A DNA stretch of 64,000 nt. It comes from Planctomycetota bacterium (GTDB taxonomy: Bacteria; Planctomycetota; PLA2; JAEUHO01). The position numbers were made by a program, and so were the translations under genes. Of this stretch, positions 49,846 to 59,451 are shown piece by piece (position 1 is the first letter of the stretch; each line of letters opens with the position of its first letter). Location: positions 128,001-192,000 of the forward strand of contig CBDCTJ010000007.1 in NCBI GenBank assembly GCA_965222115.1, in the 5' to 3' direction. Under the pieces are notes generated by a model. It saw nothing but the letters and a program-made list of their open reading frames with translations, did not search any database and was not told the origin of the DNA.

Positions 49846-51162
49846 TCACGGAGGCGTGGGCTGTGTCGCGGCGTCCAAGTCGAGGCGCCCGTGCCCGAGC
49901 AAACCCTCGTACTCCGGGTTGAGGAACAACATGAACTCGTCGGCGCCCTGCTGTATCGCCTGGACAACTTCTGATTGCCCACCGGGCCCCGAGGCCAGTT
50001 CCAACTCGCGCACGAGGGCATAGCACCCGGTAACAATCGCCGCGCTAAAGGACGTTCCCGACCACTTGCACGCTTTATCGTCTTCGACCGGGTAAGCACC
50101 GAGTAGCTCAAAGCCCGGCGCTGCTACGTCTACGCTCTCGCCATAGCTAGCAAAATCGCACTTGATGTCGCCTGGATCACCGGACGTGACCGACAGCGCA
50201 ATGCCGATTGTTGCGGGAAACGTAATTTCCTGATTGCCGGTGTTGCCCGCCGACGCGATCACAAGCACGGCATTGTCACGCGCATAGGCAATCGCTTGGC
50301 CAACAACGTAGGCTTGGTGCTCCATGCCGAGCGAGAGATTGATCACGTCTACACCGGCATCGGTCGCGCGCGTAATGGCTTCGGCCACGTGACTTGTGAG
50401 CCCCACATTGTCTGAGTTGAGAACGCGATAGGGAAGAATCTGCGCATTGGGCGCTAGGGCGAGAATCAAGCTGCTGACGAATGTGCCGTGGCCAAATCCC
50501 TCGTCGATGTATCCATCGTTGTCGTCGTCTACACCATTCATGACGTCGCTGGGATCGTCGTCATCGTCCACAAAGTCCCAACCGCCGGGCTCAATCTTTC
50601 CCTGCATGGCCACATGCGTCATCACCACGCCGGAGTCAATTACGGCCACGCGCACACCTGCGCCCGTTGCTCGCGAGCGCGCCTCCATGGCACCGATGCG
50701 AAGCAGTTCGGGTTGATCTTGAACGACCGCAAAGTCAAACAACTCCTCTCCGGCCGGTAACGTGGCGCCACCACCTTCCGGTGCCGACACAATGCGATCC
50801 AATTCACGATCCAAAACTCGGGTATCGCCTTCGATCTGATCGATGAAATCGTTTGCGGTGTCACTATCAGGAAATTCAACGACGAAGAAGTTGGTCTTGG
50901 GCACTTCTTTGATGGCCGTACTGCCGGTGCCATCGGCAATCTCCGTAACATCTTCGCCCGCCGCAGGCCGCACCAGCACGCGTGTGGGCTCTACGTTGGT
51001 ATCAAATGCACCGCCCCCGGTCGTGGGTTGAGGGTTGTTGCCACCGCCGCAAGCACCGAGGGTCATGCTCATCGCCAGCACACCCATGGCCAGCACACCC
51101 ATGGACACTGTCGTACCAGCGAACCAAAGCTTGCCCATCCGAACCAGTCGCACCGGGTTCAT
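49846..51162 (-). CDS. S8 subtilisin-like serine protease, lipoprotein
   Basis: LGA-C lipobox; VIDSG, GHGT, ASAGN, SGTSF triad; DDDNDGYIDE Ca-binding loop; ATGA overlap with the CHAT gene. Confidence 0.92.
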   Translation of the reverse strand: MNPVRLVRMGKLWFAGTTVSMGVLAMGVLAMSMTLGACGGGNNPQPTTGGGAFDTNVEPTRVLVRPAAGEDVTEIADGTGSTAIKEVPKTNFFVVEFPDSDTANDFIDQIEGDTRVLDRELDRIVSAPEGGGATLPAGEELFDFAVVQDQPELLRIGAMEARSRATGAGVRVAVIDSGVVMTHVAMQGKIEPGGWDFVDDDDDPSDVMNGVDDDNDGYIDEGFGHGTFVSSLILALAPNAQILPYRVLNSDNVGLTSHVAEAITRATDAGVDVINLSLGMEHQAYVVGQAIAYARDNAVLVIASAGNTGNQEITFPATIGIALSVTSGDPGDIKCDFASYGESVDVAAPGFELLGAYPVEDDKACKWSGTSFSAAIVTGCYALVRELELASGPGGQSEVVQAIQQGADEFMLFLNPEYEGLLGHGRLDLDAATQPTPP

Positions 51163-53957
51163 GGCATTCCTCCAGACAAGCGAAACGGCAATAGCCGCGC
51201 CGCCGTACGTTGATCATCCGCAACCATCGATAGTGCGTGCCCAAACGCACCCGGCACGTCCATTGTACCGGGCTCTGCATCGTCAAATTGTGCCGTACCC
51301 AGGCGGGCATAAAGCGCGGCCATAAGATCGGCGGTACTTTCATCATCGACGTCGCCCGAAGTCCACAGCACCCATCGAACGCCCGCTCGCAATAGTGTTC
51401 TCGGAAGCGCCCCCCAAGCCTCGGCCGCTGGCCCTGGCGGTGCGCCGGTTTGACAAGCCGCCAGACAAACGAGTTGTGTCGAGAGCCGCGCGGGCACATC
51501 GGCCGATGTAAGCCACCCATCGTGCAAGCGCACACCACCTAACGCGGGCGCGTCGGTTGATGCAACACCGTGCATAGCAAAGTGAACTGCATCTCGCTCG
51601 CCCAGCGCGCGAACGGCGGCGTCGAGCGTGGCGCCACGACCGGTGAACACATCACCATAGGCTCGCAGTGCGCGCGCTTCACGACGCGCCCCGTCGAGCC
51701 CCGCTTCACCCGCCACAATCGCCGCCAGACCACGGCCCACCTTGGTACGCGTTGAACGGGTGCGCGTTGAACGGCGCGGCAATCGCAGCGCTGGAACGCG
51801 GGCAACCGCTCGCGACGCCGCGAGGAGTCGGCCACCCACAGGCAGTAGTTCCCACGGCAAATCACCGAGCCGTTCATCGAGCACAAAGTAAAGATCTGCA
51901 CGAGGCGTGTCATGTCCCAGCGCTTCACGCCGCACGATCGGTGCGATCAATGAATCGCCAAGACGTGTCATTGCTCGCGCAAACGCACGCGCACCGGACG
52001 CCGAATCGGATACGCGTACGCGGTGGGCGTGAAACCGGAGCTCGCGTGCCGCTTTGTGGAGCGCGGGAAGCGAAATCAACGTGCCTACATCGACGATTTC
52101 GTGCTGCGTGCGCGTGAGGCAGCGCACGTCGTGACCTTGAACCCACACGTGAACATAGGTCTGATTGCCGACGGGATTACGAGTTGGCGCGTCGGTCGTA
52201 TGCGCGTGCGCGGGGCGCTTACGACGGCGTTCGTCCCGTCGCCACGATTCGGCAACAGCTTGCTCGACGGCACGAATTTCATCGATGAGTGCCATGCGTT
52301 GCGCAGGATTGAGACTGCGCGTGGATCCGCCTTGATCGGCCAGGGCGTCGTAGAGCACCGCAAGGCGTTTGCGTAATGCCGCCATGCGACCCGTTCCTGT
52401 ACGTGGCGACTTACCCGCCATAAAGCGCTTTAGCGCAAGGCCGTCAAGGATGCGCTCCGCCTCCTCACGGTCCGGTGTACGTCCGCGCTGCAACAGGGCA
52501 TCGATCAACAGCAGGTACGGATCCAGTTGCTCCAGCAAGAACTTGGTTCGGAGCCAAGGCCCCGGCAAGTCGCCACGCATGCTTTCGATTCGTGCCGTGA
52601 GCGTTCGCAGACGACGAATGGCGCGTGCGCGTTCGCCGTCCGAGAGTTCCAAACGGGCGCGCGCGGTTTCAGCGGCCACGGCGATCCATGGGTGCCCGGC
52701 CGATGCGCGTGGCAAATCGCTGAGCAGTGCGCGTGCCCGCGCGAGCTGTTGGATTTCAATCGCCACCACGATGCGCAACAGTTGCGTACGCCACACAACT
52801 TCCGATACGCCCGCCGTCTTCGCTCGCCGCCACAAGCGCGCCAAGCGACTGGCGTCGGGCAACGTTCCACTGAGCATATGAAGCTGTTCAAGCATCAGCA
52901 TGCCGCGGAGCACATACTCGGTACGCCCGAGTTCGGTGGCATCGTGAATCGCGCGCTCGAGTTGCGTTCGCGCGCGCTCAAGATCGGTATGAACGAGGCT
53001 TGCGCCTACGAGCCAGCGCGTTTCCACACTTTCCACCCGAGCATCAATGCGCTCAAATGTCTTGAGCGCTGCGCGAGCCTGCTTGACGGCGGAACCGTTG
53101 TCGCCCACGCGCCGCAACGCATCGGCCAAGTCCATCCGACACAAGGCTTCAAGACGCGCACGACCGTGTGACTTCGCGTCGGCAGCAATTTGCTCCAACG
53201 CGACGATGCCCGTGCCCGGTTCGCCCGCACGCACGCGCAGGCATGCCATGTTGTATTGCGCATGAAGTTTGCGAACCGCTTGCCCCGCGTCGCCGAACGT
53301 CTCTTCGGCATGCTCGAATCGTCGTTTCGCGCGCTGAAGGTGACCGGCATACATGAGCGCCACACCCGCATTCATCTTTGCAAGTGCCGCGGATGGCTCT
53401 TGGCCCAGGCGTCGAAATGCGCGCGCGGCCTTATCGCTTTCGTCGGCGGCTTCCTCCAAACGTCCAGCAAGTCGAAGCACGTTGGCGCGATTTGTGCGAA
53501 GAATGGCCCGATACAACGGTGCGCGTTTGCCTCGAATGCGAGACGCAGCGCGCGCGGCACAACGAAGCGCTTCGTCAATTTCGCCGGCCTGCCCCAGCGC
53601 GTCCACCGCCAACAACAGGGACTGCATCGCATGATCATGCTCGCCGTGGGCCGTGAGATCGACCTCGGCTTCCAACATGAGTTTCGATGCGTCGCTAAGC
53701 GAACCGCAGTGACGCAGTGCCATGCCACGCATCAATCGAAGACGGGCAACACCCAATGCATCGTGATTGCGTCGTGAGGCGACTTCCAGCGCATGCACGG
53801 CGCGCTCGCCCTGCTGCGGTTCACGTAACAAGATCTCACTAAAACGCTTGCGCAGTTCGGGCCACGGTACACCACGCTCTACAATTGCGCGCGCGAGCGA
53901 AGCGCGGTCAGCGGCGCTCGCTTTGAGGAGTCGATCGATTGTGGACACCGCCGTCAT
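51159..53957 (-). CDS. TPR plus CHAT (caspase-HetF) protease
   Basis: TPR array; LPWELL, HFAMHG (His), LAACQTG (Cys), VDDEST..LM..LY; ATGA overlap with the upstream gene. Confidence 0.9.
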   Translation of the reverse strand: MTAVSTIDRLLKASAADRASLARAIVERGVPWPELRKRFSEILLREPQQGERAVHALEVASRRNHDALGVARLRLMRGMALRHCGSLSDASKLMLEAEVDLTAHGEHDHAMQSLLLAVDALGQAGEIDEALRCAARAASRIRGKRAPLYRAILRTNRANVLRLAGRLEEAADESDKAARAFRRLGQEPSAALAKMNAGVALMYAGHLQRAKRRFEHAEETFGDAGQAVRKLHAQYNMACLRVRAGEPGTGIVALEQIAADAKSHGRARLEALCRMDLADALRRVGDNGSAVKQARAALKTFERIDARVESVETRWLVGASLVHTDLERARTQLERAIHDATELGRTEYVLRGMLMLEQLHMLSGTLPDASRLARLWRRAKTAGVSEVVWRTQLLRIVVAIEIQQLARARALLSDLPRASAGHPWIAVAAETARARLELSDGERARAIRRLRTLTARIESMRGDLPGPWLRTKFLLEQLDPYLLLIDALLQRGRTPDREEAERILDGLALKRFMAGKSPRTGTGRMAALRKRLAVLYDALADQGGSTRSLNPAQRMALIDEIRAVEQAVAESWRRDERRRKRPAHAHTTDAPTRNPVGNQTYVHVWVQGHDVRCLTRTQHEIVDVGTLISLPALHKAARELRFHAHRVRVSDSASGARAFARAMTRLGDSLIAPIVRREALGHDTPRADLYFVLDERLGDLPWELLPVGGRLLAASRAVARVPALRLPRRSTRTRSTRTKVGRGLAAIVAGEAGLDGARREARALRAYGDVFTGRGATLDAAVRALGERDAVHFAMHGVASTDAPALGGVRLHDGWLTSADVPARLSTQLVCLAACQTGAPPGPAAEAWGALPRTLLRAGVRWVLWTSGDVDDESTADLMAALYARLGTAQFDDAEPGTMDVPGAFGHALSMVADDQRTAARLLPFRLSGGMP

Positions 53958-54565
53958 CCGGAATGAATCTCCAGCGGCGGCGTGCGCCAGGCTTCGCCAA
54001 GCTCGTCGACAACTGCGATCACCAAGGGCTCGTTGGCATCAAGTTCTATCGGTACACTTCCGGTTCCCTCATCGTCTAGCTCAACGTCGATCACTTGAGG
54101 GCCATGAAGGACACGCACCGTTTGAGTAAGTCGCTCACCTAAACTCTGTTCGCTTTCGACTTGTTCACTTTCACGTACGTCGAGGGCAAGTACGAGCGTT
54201 ACGCGGTTGCTTGACGAAGCTTCTTGAACAGCATCCGGTGTGACTTCAACATCGAGCGATCCAAGCGCGTGCTCGAAACGAAAGAGGCGTGCTAGTCCCG
54301 TGCTGCGCGCCGCGGGCGCTAGCGAACCCCACGAATCGAACACGAGTCGCGCCACCGTCTCGAAGATGCTCTCCGGTTGTTGCGCGAAGATGGCTTGGGC
54401 TTTGCGCTTGGCGCGCGAAGGGCACCGTTCATCGTTGTCGTGAGCCGCCATCAGTTCGTGGGCCAGTCCTTCTTCGATTGACAAGTCCGCACGCGCGCGT
54501 CCCGATGCGCTATGCGCCAGGAAGGCAGCGAGCAGTGAATCGATGTTGAGGTTCGGCACGATCAA
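53954..54565 (-). CDS. putative anti-sigma/adaptor protein of the ECF-CHAT-S8 module
   Basis: Lies between the ECF and CHAT genes; ARLVFDSW motif then a beta-rich domain; no TM. Confidence 0.65.
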   Translation of the reverse strand: MIVPNLNIDSLLAAFLAHSASGRARADLSIEEGLAHELMAAHDNDERCPSRAKRKAQAIFAQQPESIFETVARLVFDSWGSLAPAARSTGLARLFRFEHALGSLDVEVTPDAVQEASSSNRVTLVLALDVRESEQVESEQSLGERLTQTVRVLHGPQVIDVELDDEGTGSVPIELDANEPLVIAVVDELGEAWRTPPLEIHSG

Positions 54566-54642
54566 ACACCCTTACAACGCACGACGAAGTCCTTGGATTC
54601 GTCGCCCTTGCCTCAATTGCCTGCCGTGCCTTGCCCATGACG

Positions 54643-54671
54643 GGTTAGACCGACTGGCTGGTTAGACCGAC
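54643..54671. repeat. direct repeat GGTTAGACCGAC x2
   Basis: Copies at 54643-54654 and 54660-54671 in the ECF/anti-sigma intergenic gap. Confidence 0.8.
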
Positions 54672-54691
54672 CGGAGCGGGCGGGTAGCAAC

Positions 54692-55486
54692 TTAGCGCGT
54701 GGAACGAACGGACTTCATCGTGCTAGAGGCGTCTCCGCGACCGCCTGATACATTTCGCCCGGATTTTCGATCCTGGACATCTTGCTTTGAAACAGTGAGT
54801 CTTGATGCAGGATCGAGTCTTGATGCGGGCTCGTCGAAGGGGAAGTTGAGCGCCGCCAACTCCCCCACCATTTTCTCAAGGCAGCGCTTGCGGGTGGGTC
54901 CGATCGAGCCGACCGGCATACCTAACTCCACGCTGAGCGCGCGGTAGTCCTGACTCTCCCTCAAGAAGAGAGCCTCAAGGATACGCCTACACTTTGAGGC
55001 CAACGCGCGCATGGCGCGATGCACCAAATGATGCCGTTCTTCCTGCACCAAGAGGTCTTCTGGAAGCGGCGATGGGCGCCGAAGCGTGTTCTCGCTCGCC
55101 TGTTCGTCGCGTTCGCGGACCGTGCGAATGCGACGTGCTACGCGCCATGATTCACGCCGTGCCGTCATTGCGATCCACCCGCGAACGCGTTCACCGTCTC
55201 GGAGTCGCCGAAGATTTCGAAACAGACGCAGGAACACGTCTTGCACAACGTCTTCTGCCGATGCGCCATCTAGACCTGAGCGCCGTGCAATAGCATGAAT
55301 GAGATCGGCATAGCGCTCGACCAGAGCGTCCCACGCCCCTTGCTCGCGCCCTAAACAACGACGAACCAGCTCGGCATCGTCATGGCGCACGCTGGATGGA
55401 CGATCGCCAATCTTGCTGCGATTCGATTCTCTGCGCTTCGCCTTGCTGCGATTCGAGTGATAGCCGTTGGATGCAGGTGACGTCAT
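54692..55486 (-). CDS. ECF sigma factor
   Basis: DDAELVRRC...AW..LV.RY, AEDVVQDVF, GWI.MTARR, LGMPVGSIGPTRKRCLEK. Confidence 0.92.
   Translation of the reverse strand: MTSPASNGYHSNRSKAKRRESNRSKIGDRPSSVRHDDAELVRRCLGREQGAWDALVERYADLIHAIARRSGLDGASAEDVVQDVFLRLFRNLRRLRDGERVRGWIAMTARRESWRVARRIRTVRERDEQASENTLRRPSPLPEDLLVQEERHHLVHRAMRALASKCRRILEALFLRESQDYRALSVELGMPVGSIGPTRKRCLEKMVGELAALNFPFDEPASRLDPASRLTVSKQDVQDRKSGRNVSGGRGDASSTMKSVRSTR
54724..54752 (-). promoter_or_regulatory. candidate ECF promoter TGTATCAG-N15-CCTCTA
   Basis: In the 3' end of the sigma gene, pointing at the anti-sigma-CHAT-S8 genes; motif shared with 55647-55674. Confidence 0.6.
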
Positions 55487-55646
55487 TGCTCTCTCTTCTA
55501 TAGCGCCATTTGCACGCCTGTGGGACAGGGATTTCCAATTCATACGACGCAAACTGATACACGGCACCTCGGTCGAGGTTTCGAATCGAGAGCAACGGCC
55601 GGGAAGGCGAACCCGCGCCGAAATCGACTGCCCGCGTCACGCGCGA

Positions 55647-55674
55647 TGTATCAGTGCGCGGCGAGCGGCCTCTA
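55647..55674 (+). promoter_or_regulatory. candidate ECF promoter TGTATCAG-N14-CCTCTA
   Basis: Ends 37 bp before the ATG at 55711; motif shared with 54724-54752. Confidence 0.65.
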
Positions 55675-55710
55675 TGCAAGTGGCCAATGGTGGCCCAGGA
55701 GGTCTCCCTG

Positions 55711-57036
55711 ATGAGACAAATCACACGATGGGTCACCCTCTTGCTGCCCACCGCACTGTTGATCGGTTGCGGCGGTGGCGGTGGTGGTGCCCCCAGCGGG
55801 TTGGACGTACTGAATCAATCGGCCAGCCTCGAAGGCGTTGTACTGGATGTGGACGGCGAGTCCGCGCAAGCCGGTGGCGTAGCGTTCACAGTGGAAGAGA
55901 CGGGCGAACAGGCGCTAACAGGCGTTGACGGCGCGTTCTACTTTGACGAACTGCCAGAAGGCGAAGTCAATCTTGTGCTCGATACCGCCAATTCGCTGGC
56001 CCTAAAACCCGATTTGAGCGATGCGTCGGATGATCTCGACGATGCAGATGACGAAAAGGATGAAGAAGAGGCCGACGACGATGACTCGAGTGATGACGAA
56101 GACGAAGCGGCAGACGACAGCGAGCGCGACGATCGTCGCATTCGCATTCGTCGCGTGCGTCGCGGCGAAGTCATCATTATCTACATTCGTATTGTGAATC
56201 GTCGCATTGTTGACATTCGCATCGTTCGCCCCGCGGATGACGACGGCGACGGTTGTGAAATCCATGAGCGCGAACTCGAACTCGAGATGCGCCGCACCGA
56301 TGCCAACACCGATCCCGACATGGAAGGCGAAGTGGAACTCTCCATTGAGTCCAACTGCGATCAGGAGTTTGAAGTCGAAGTTGAAGATGCCACCGTCGGT
56401 GACATTCTCGAGGCCGTCGTCATCAATCCCGAAGACGAAGAAGAGTCATTGGGCTTCCGCGTCGTAGAACTCGATGGCGACGCCGAATGGAAGATCGACA
56501 CCGGCGACGGACAAGCCCTGCCGTTCGGTAAAACACGTATCACTGGGCTCGGTCGGCACCGGGTTGTGGTTCGAGATGCCGAAGGCGTGGATCTCCTGCG
56601 CACGCGCATTCCTCCCTTTGGTGACGGCGATCCCAACTGCTTCTTCCTCTACGGCCGCAATCGCTTGATTCCGCAGGTCGATGACGTTGCCGGTTGGGTT
56701 GGCATCGCCGCCCGCGGGTGCGTACCCAACGATCGCGACCGTCTTGTGCAGCAGCTCTTCCGGGTGTATGGCGAAGGCCTTATCCCTGGGCGCGCCTACA
56801 ACATCTTCCTGGAAGATCCGGATGATCCCGGCACGTTGGTGGAGATTCGTTCGATGACCGCCAATCGCGATGGCGAAGTGGACTTGGCCTACAACACGGC
56901 TGAAGGTGACCGACTTCCGCTTGGCGCAGGCACCATTCGCGTGCTTGTGGGCAAGGAAGTCCAGATTCGCGCCGCGGCCACCGATCGCGTCATCCTGCGC
57001 GGCAAGGTCCCCATGCTCATGGGTGGTGATAGCTAA
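55711..57036 (+). CDS. acidic lipoprotein with carboxypeptidase-regulatory-like N-domain and two repeated beta domains
   Basis: AGGAGG RBS, LIG-C lipobox plus poly-Gly; Asp/Glu tract; internal repeat GQALPFG / GDRLPLG. Confidence 0.82.
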   Translation: MRQITRWVTLLLPTALLIGCGGGGGGAPSGLDVLNQSASLEGVVLDVDGESAQAGGVAFTVEETGEQALTGVDGAFYFDELPEGEVNLVLDTANSLALKPDLSDASDDLDDADDEKDEEEADDDDSSDDEDEAADDSERDDRRIRIRRVRRGEVIIIYIRIVNRRIVDIRIVRPADDDGDGCEIHERELELEMRRTDANTDPDMEGEVELSIESNCDQEFEVEVEDATVGDILEAVVINPEDEEESLGFRVVELDGDAEWKIDTGDGQALPFGKTRITGLGRHRVVVRDAEGVDLLRTRIPPFGDGDPNCFFLYGRNRLIPQVDDVAGWVGIAARGCVPNDRDRLVQQLFRVYGEGLIPGRAYNIFLEDPDDPGTLVEIRSMTANRDGEVDLAYNTAEGDRLPLGAGTIRVLVGKEVQIRAAATDRVILRGKVPMLMGGDS

Positions 57037-57066
57037 CTCGCACTCGGCTACTTCCCCATGAACCCC

Positions 57067-57105
57067 TGCACACCGACACACCTCGTGTCGGTGTGCATCT
57101 TTTTT
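57067..57105 (+). terminator. intrinsic terminator
   Basis: 13-bp perfect stem TGCACACCGACAC/GTGTCGGTGTGCA, 5-nt loop, then T6. Confidence 0.88.
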
Positions 57106-57106
57106 G

Positions 57107-58529
57107 GAGTCTCCTGCTCTTCATGTGGGTCATGGCAACTTCGGATGGAGTTCGATGCCGCCGTTGCACAGGAACAACATAGAGATCAGCGCCTTGGCGC
57201 TGTGAAATCCGTATGCTCGTCGAGCCACCATGCGGAGCCGATTGTTGATGCCTTCCACGATGCCGTTGGTCATGCGGCAACTGATGTAGGCGATGATGCC
57301 ATCGAAGTGCTCCCGAAGCGTTTTGGCCAATCGCACGAACTGTTTGAGTTTGGATCGCGACGCCCAAGCCAGCCACTCACGAAGGGCGCGCCGAGCTCGC
57401 TTCGGTTGAAGGTAATCCAGTGCCGCACCAAGCGACTCCTTTAGGAGATAAGCGCGATACAGCTTCTTGTTCGTCCGCTCGATCTCGCTGAGCTTGGTCC
57501 GCTGCTTCGAATCGAGGTCACAGTAGTTCTTTAGGATTGCGTAACGCGAGTAGAAAATGAACCGACCTTGATCAGTGCCTCGAAGTTCTCGTAGCTGTTC
57601 GCGGCGTACTTCATCGAGTGCCACGCCTGCTAGCTTCTGGATGTGAAAGCGATCGAATACAACTTGGGCTTGAGGGATGTGTGTCGCAATGGCTTTGCGG
57701 TTCCATCCCGCCAGATCCGTCGTTACACCTTCGATCTTGGCAGCGTCCTCCGGCGATATCTCTTCGAAAAACTTGCGTAGCGTCGCTGAATCCTTCCCTT
57801 CGGCTGCCCACACCACGCGGCGACGATCGTGATCGACAACCAACGTAATGAAGTTGTGTCCGCGAAGATGGCTGAACTCATCCATGCCAATCCAGCGCAG
57901 ATTCGAGAGTCGGTCGGGATCCTGGCGTTTCGCGACGACACGCGTGACGATGGAACCAACCGTTCGCCACGTCACGCCCATTTGGACTGAGACCTGCGTC
58001 TTGTCCGTCGTTCGAACTAAGTACGCCACCATTTCCTCGAAATCCTTTGTGAATCGGCTCTGAGCCTCAGCCCACGGCACTTGCTCGGCTCGCACGCCGC
58101 AACGGGAGCAGTTCACGCGACGCGGTGAGTATCTGAACCACACTCGCGTAGAACCGATCCCCAGGTGGCGCCAAAACCTAGATCTCAGCCGATCGTAGCC
58201 CGGGGCCCTTTCCCCACACCCACTGCAACGAGGCAGGCGATGGCGCGGAGACACCGTGGCGATCACGCCACGCAGCGAAAAATCTACCGATCGGACGTAC
58301 ATCCCCGGGACATCGATCATCCGATGCAATAACGTGGTGGCGCGCATGGGGCTCCTCTGTTGATTTGTCGATTTCGTAACCAACAAAGAAACATGAGTCC
58401 CGTGGGCACCTCTAGGTTGTGACAGCCTGTTCTAACAAACATCATTTCTTTTCCTGCCGTCCGCGCCCTCTTAGGGGCGGCAGGACAAGAAATCGCAAAT
58501 GTACGACCCACACAAAGAGCAGTAGAGCC
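57107..58529 (-). mobile_element. complete ISL3-family insertion sequence
   Basis: Imperfect 25-bp IRs (GAGTCTCCTGCTCTTCATGTGGGTC / GGCTCTACTGCTCTTTGTGTGGGTC); 8-bp TSD CTTTTTTG at 57099-57106 and 58530-58537. Confidence 0.92.
57130..58347 (-). CDS. ISL3 transposase
   Basis: Zn ribbon CSGC/CSRC, IGMDE, TTDL, DRFH, TNGIVEGINN..RRAYGF. Confidence 0.93.
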   Translation of the reverse strand: MRATTLLHRMIDVPGMYVRSVDFSLRGVIATVSPRHRLPRCSGCGERAPGYDRLRSRFWRHLGIGSTRVWFRYSPRRVNCSRCGVRAEQVPWAEAQSRFTKDFEEMVAYLVRTTDKTQVSVQMGVTWRTVGSIVTRVVAKRQDPDRLSNLRWIGMDEFSHLRGHNFITLVVDHDRRRVVWAAEGKDSATLRKFFEEISPEDAAKIEGVTTDLAGWNRKAIATHIPQAQVVFDRFHIQKLAGVALDEVRREQLRELRGTDQGRFIFYSRYAILKNYCDLDSKQRTKLSEIERTNKKLYRAYLLKESLGAALDYLQPKRARRALREWLAWASRSKLKQFVRLAKTLREHFDGIIAYISCRMTNGIVEGINNRLRMVARRAYGFHSAKALISMLFLCNGGIELHPKLP

Positions 58530-58608
58530 CTTTTTTGGCTCGACGTTGATCCGACGCGAAGCGCCCGGCGCCATACGCTGGTAGCGTGACGCGTGTCGGA
58601 GAGCACGC

Positions 58609-59451
58609 ATGACCGATGTCCTTATCTTCGGCCGCGGCTGGATGGGCCACCAGCTTGCGGATCGAACCCCACAGTCCAAGCTCGTTGCCACGGACATCGC
58701 CGATGAAACGGCGGTGGCGAGCGTCCTCGATGCATACCGCCCAAACCGCGTGATTAACTGCGCAGGCAAGGCAGGCCGCCCGACCGTAGACAGTTGCGAA
58801 GACGATCCCGATGCCACCTACCGATCCAATGTGGTGGGTCCTATTGTGCTCGCGAGCGCATGCAGGCAGCGCGACATTCACTTCACACATTTGGGAAGCG
58901 GCTGTGTGTACGAGGGCGACAACGGCGGTCAGGGATACGCCGAGTCCGATCCGCCCAACTTCTTTGGAAGCCTTTATTCGCGCACGAAGATCCTTTCGGA
59001 AGCTGCGCTGCGCGATGTGGGCGCGCTACAACTTCGTATCCGCATGCCCATTTCGAGTACGCCGCATCCACGCAACCTGCTCACCAAACTCCTGGGCTAT
59101 CGCCACATCGTGAGCGTGCCCAACTCGGTGACCATTCTCGACGACTTCTGGGACGTTGCGACCGAGCTCATGACGCGTCGTGAAACCGGTGTCTGGAACG
59201 TTGTCAGTGATGGCGTGGAGTTGCATGAGACGCTGCTGACGCTGTATCGCGAAACTGTGAATCCGGAACACCGCTTTGAACTTGTGTCCGAACACACGCT
59301 TTCGGAGAGGCTCCGGGCGCGGCGCTCCAACTGTGTACTCAGCACGGCCAAACTACGCGCAGCAGGACTGGCCATGCCCTCGGTCGATGAACGGCTTCCG
59401 CAAATCGTTCGCGCCTATGGCAAACACGTTCAGCCTACTCAAGCCCGCTGA
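58609..59451 (+). CDS. NRS/ER-like nucleotide-rhamnose 3,5-epimerase/4-reductase (RmlD substrate-binding family)
   Basis: [52 protein letters not shown] match plant/viral NRS/ER motifs. Confidence 0.8.
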   Translation: MTDVLIFGRGWMGHQLADRTPQSKLVATDIADETAVASVLDAYRPNRVINCAGKAGRPTVDSCEDDPDATYRSNVVGPIVLASACRQRDIHFTHLGSGCVYEGDNGGQGYAESDPPNFFGSLYSRTKILSEAALRDVGALQLRIRMPISSTPHPRNLLTKLLGYRHIVSVPNSVTILDDFWDVATELMTRRETGVWNVVSDGVELHETLLTLYRETVNPEHRFELVSEHTLSERLRARRSNCVLSTAKLRAAGLAMPSVDERLPQIVRAYGKHVQPTQAR

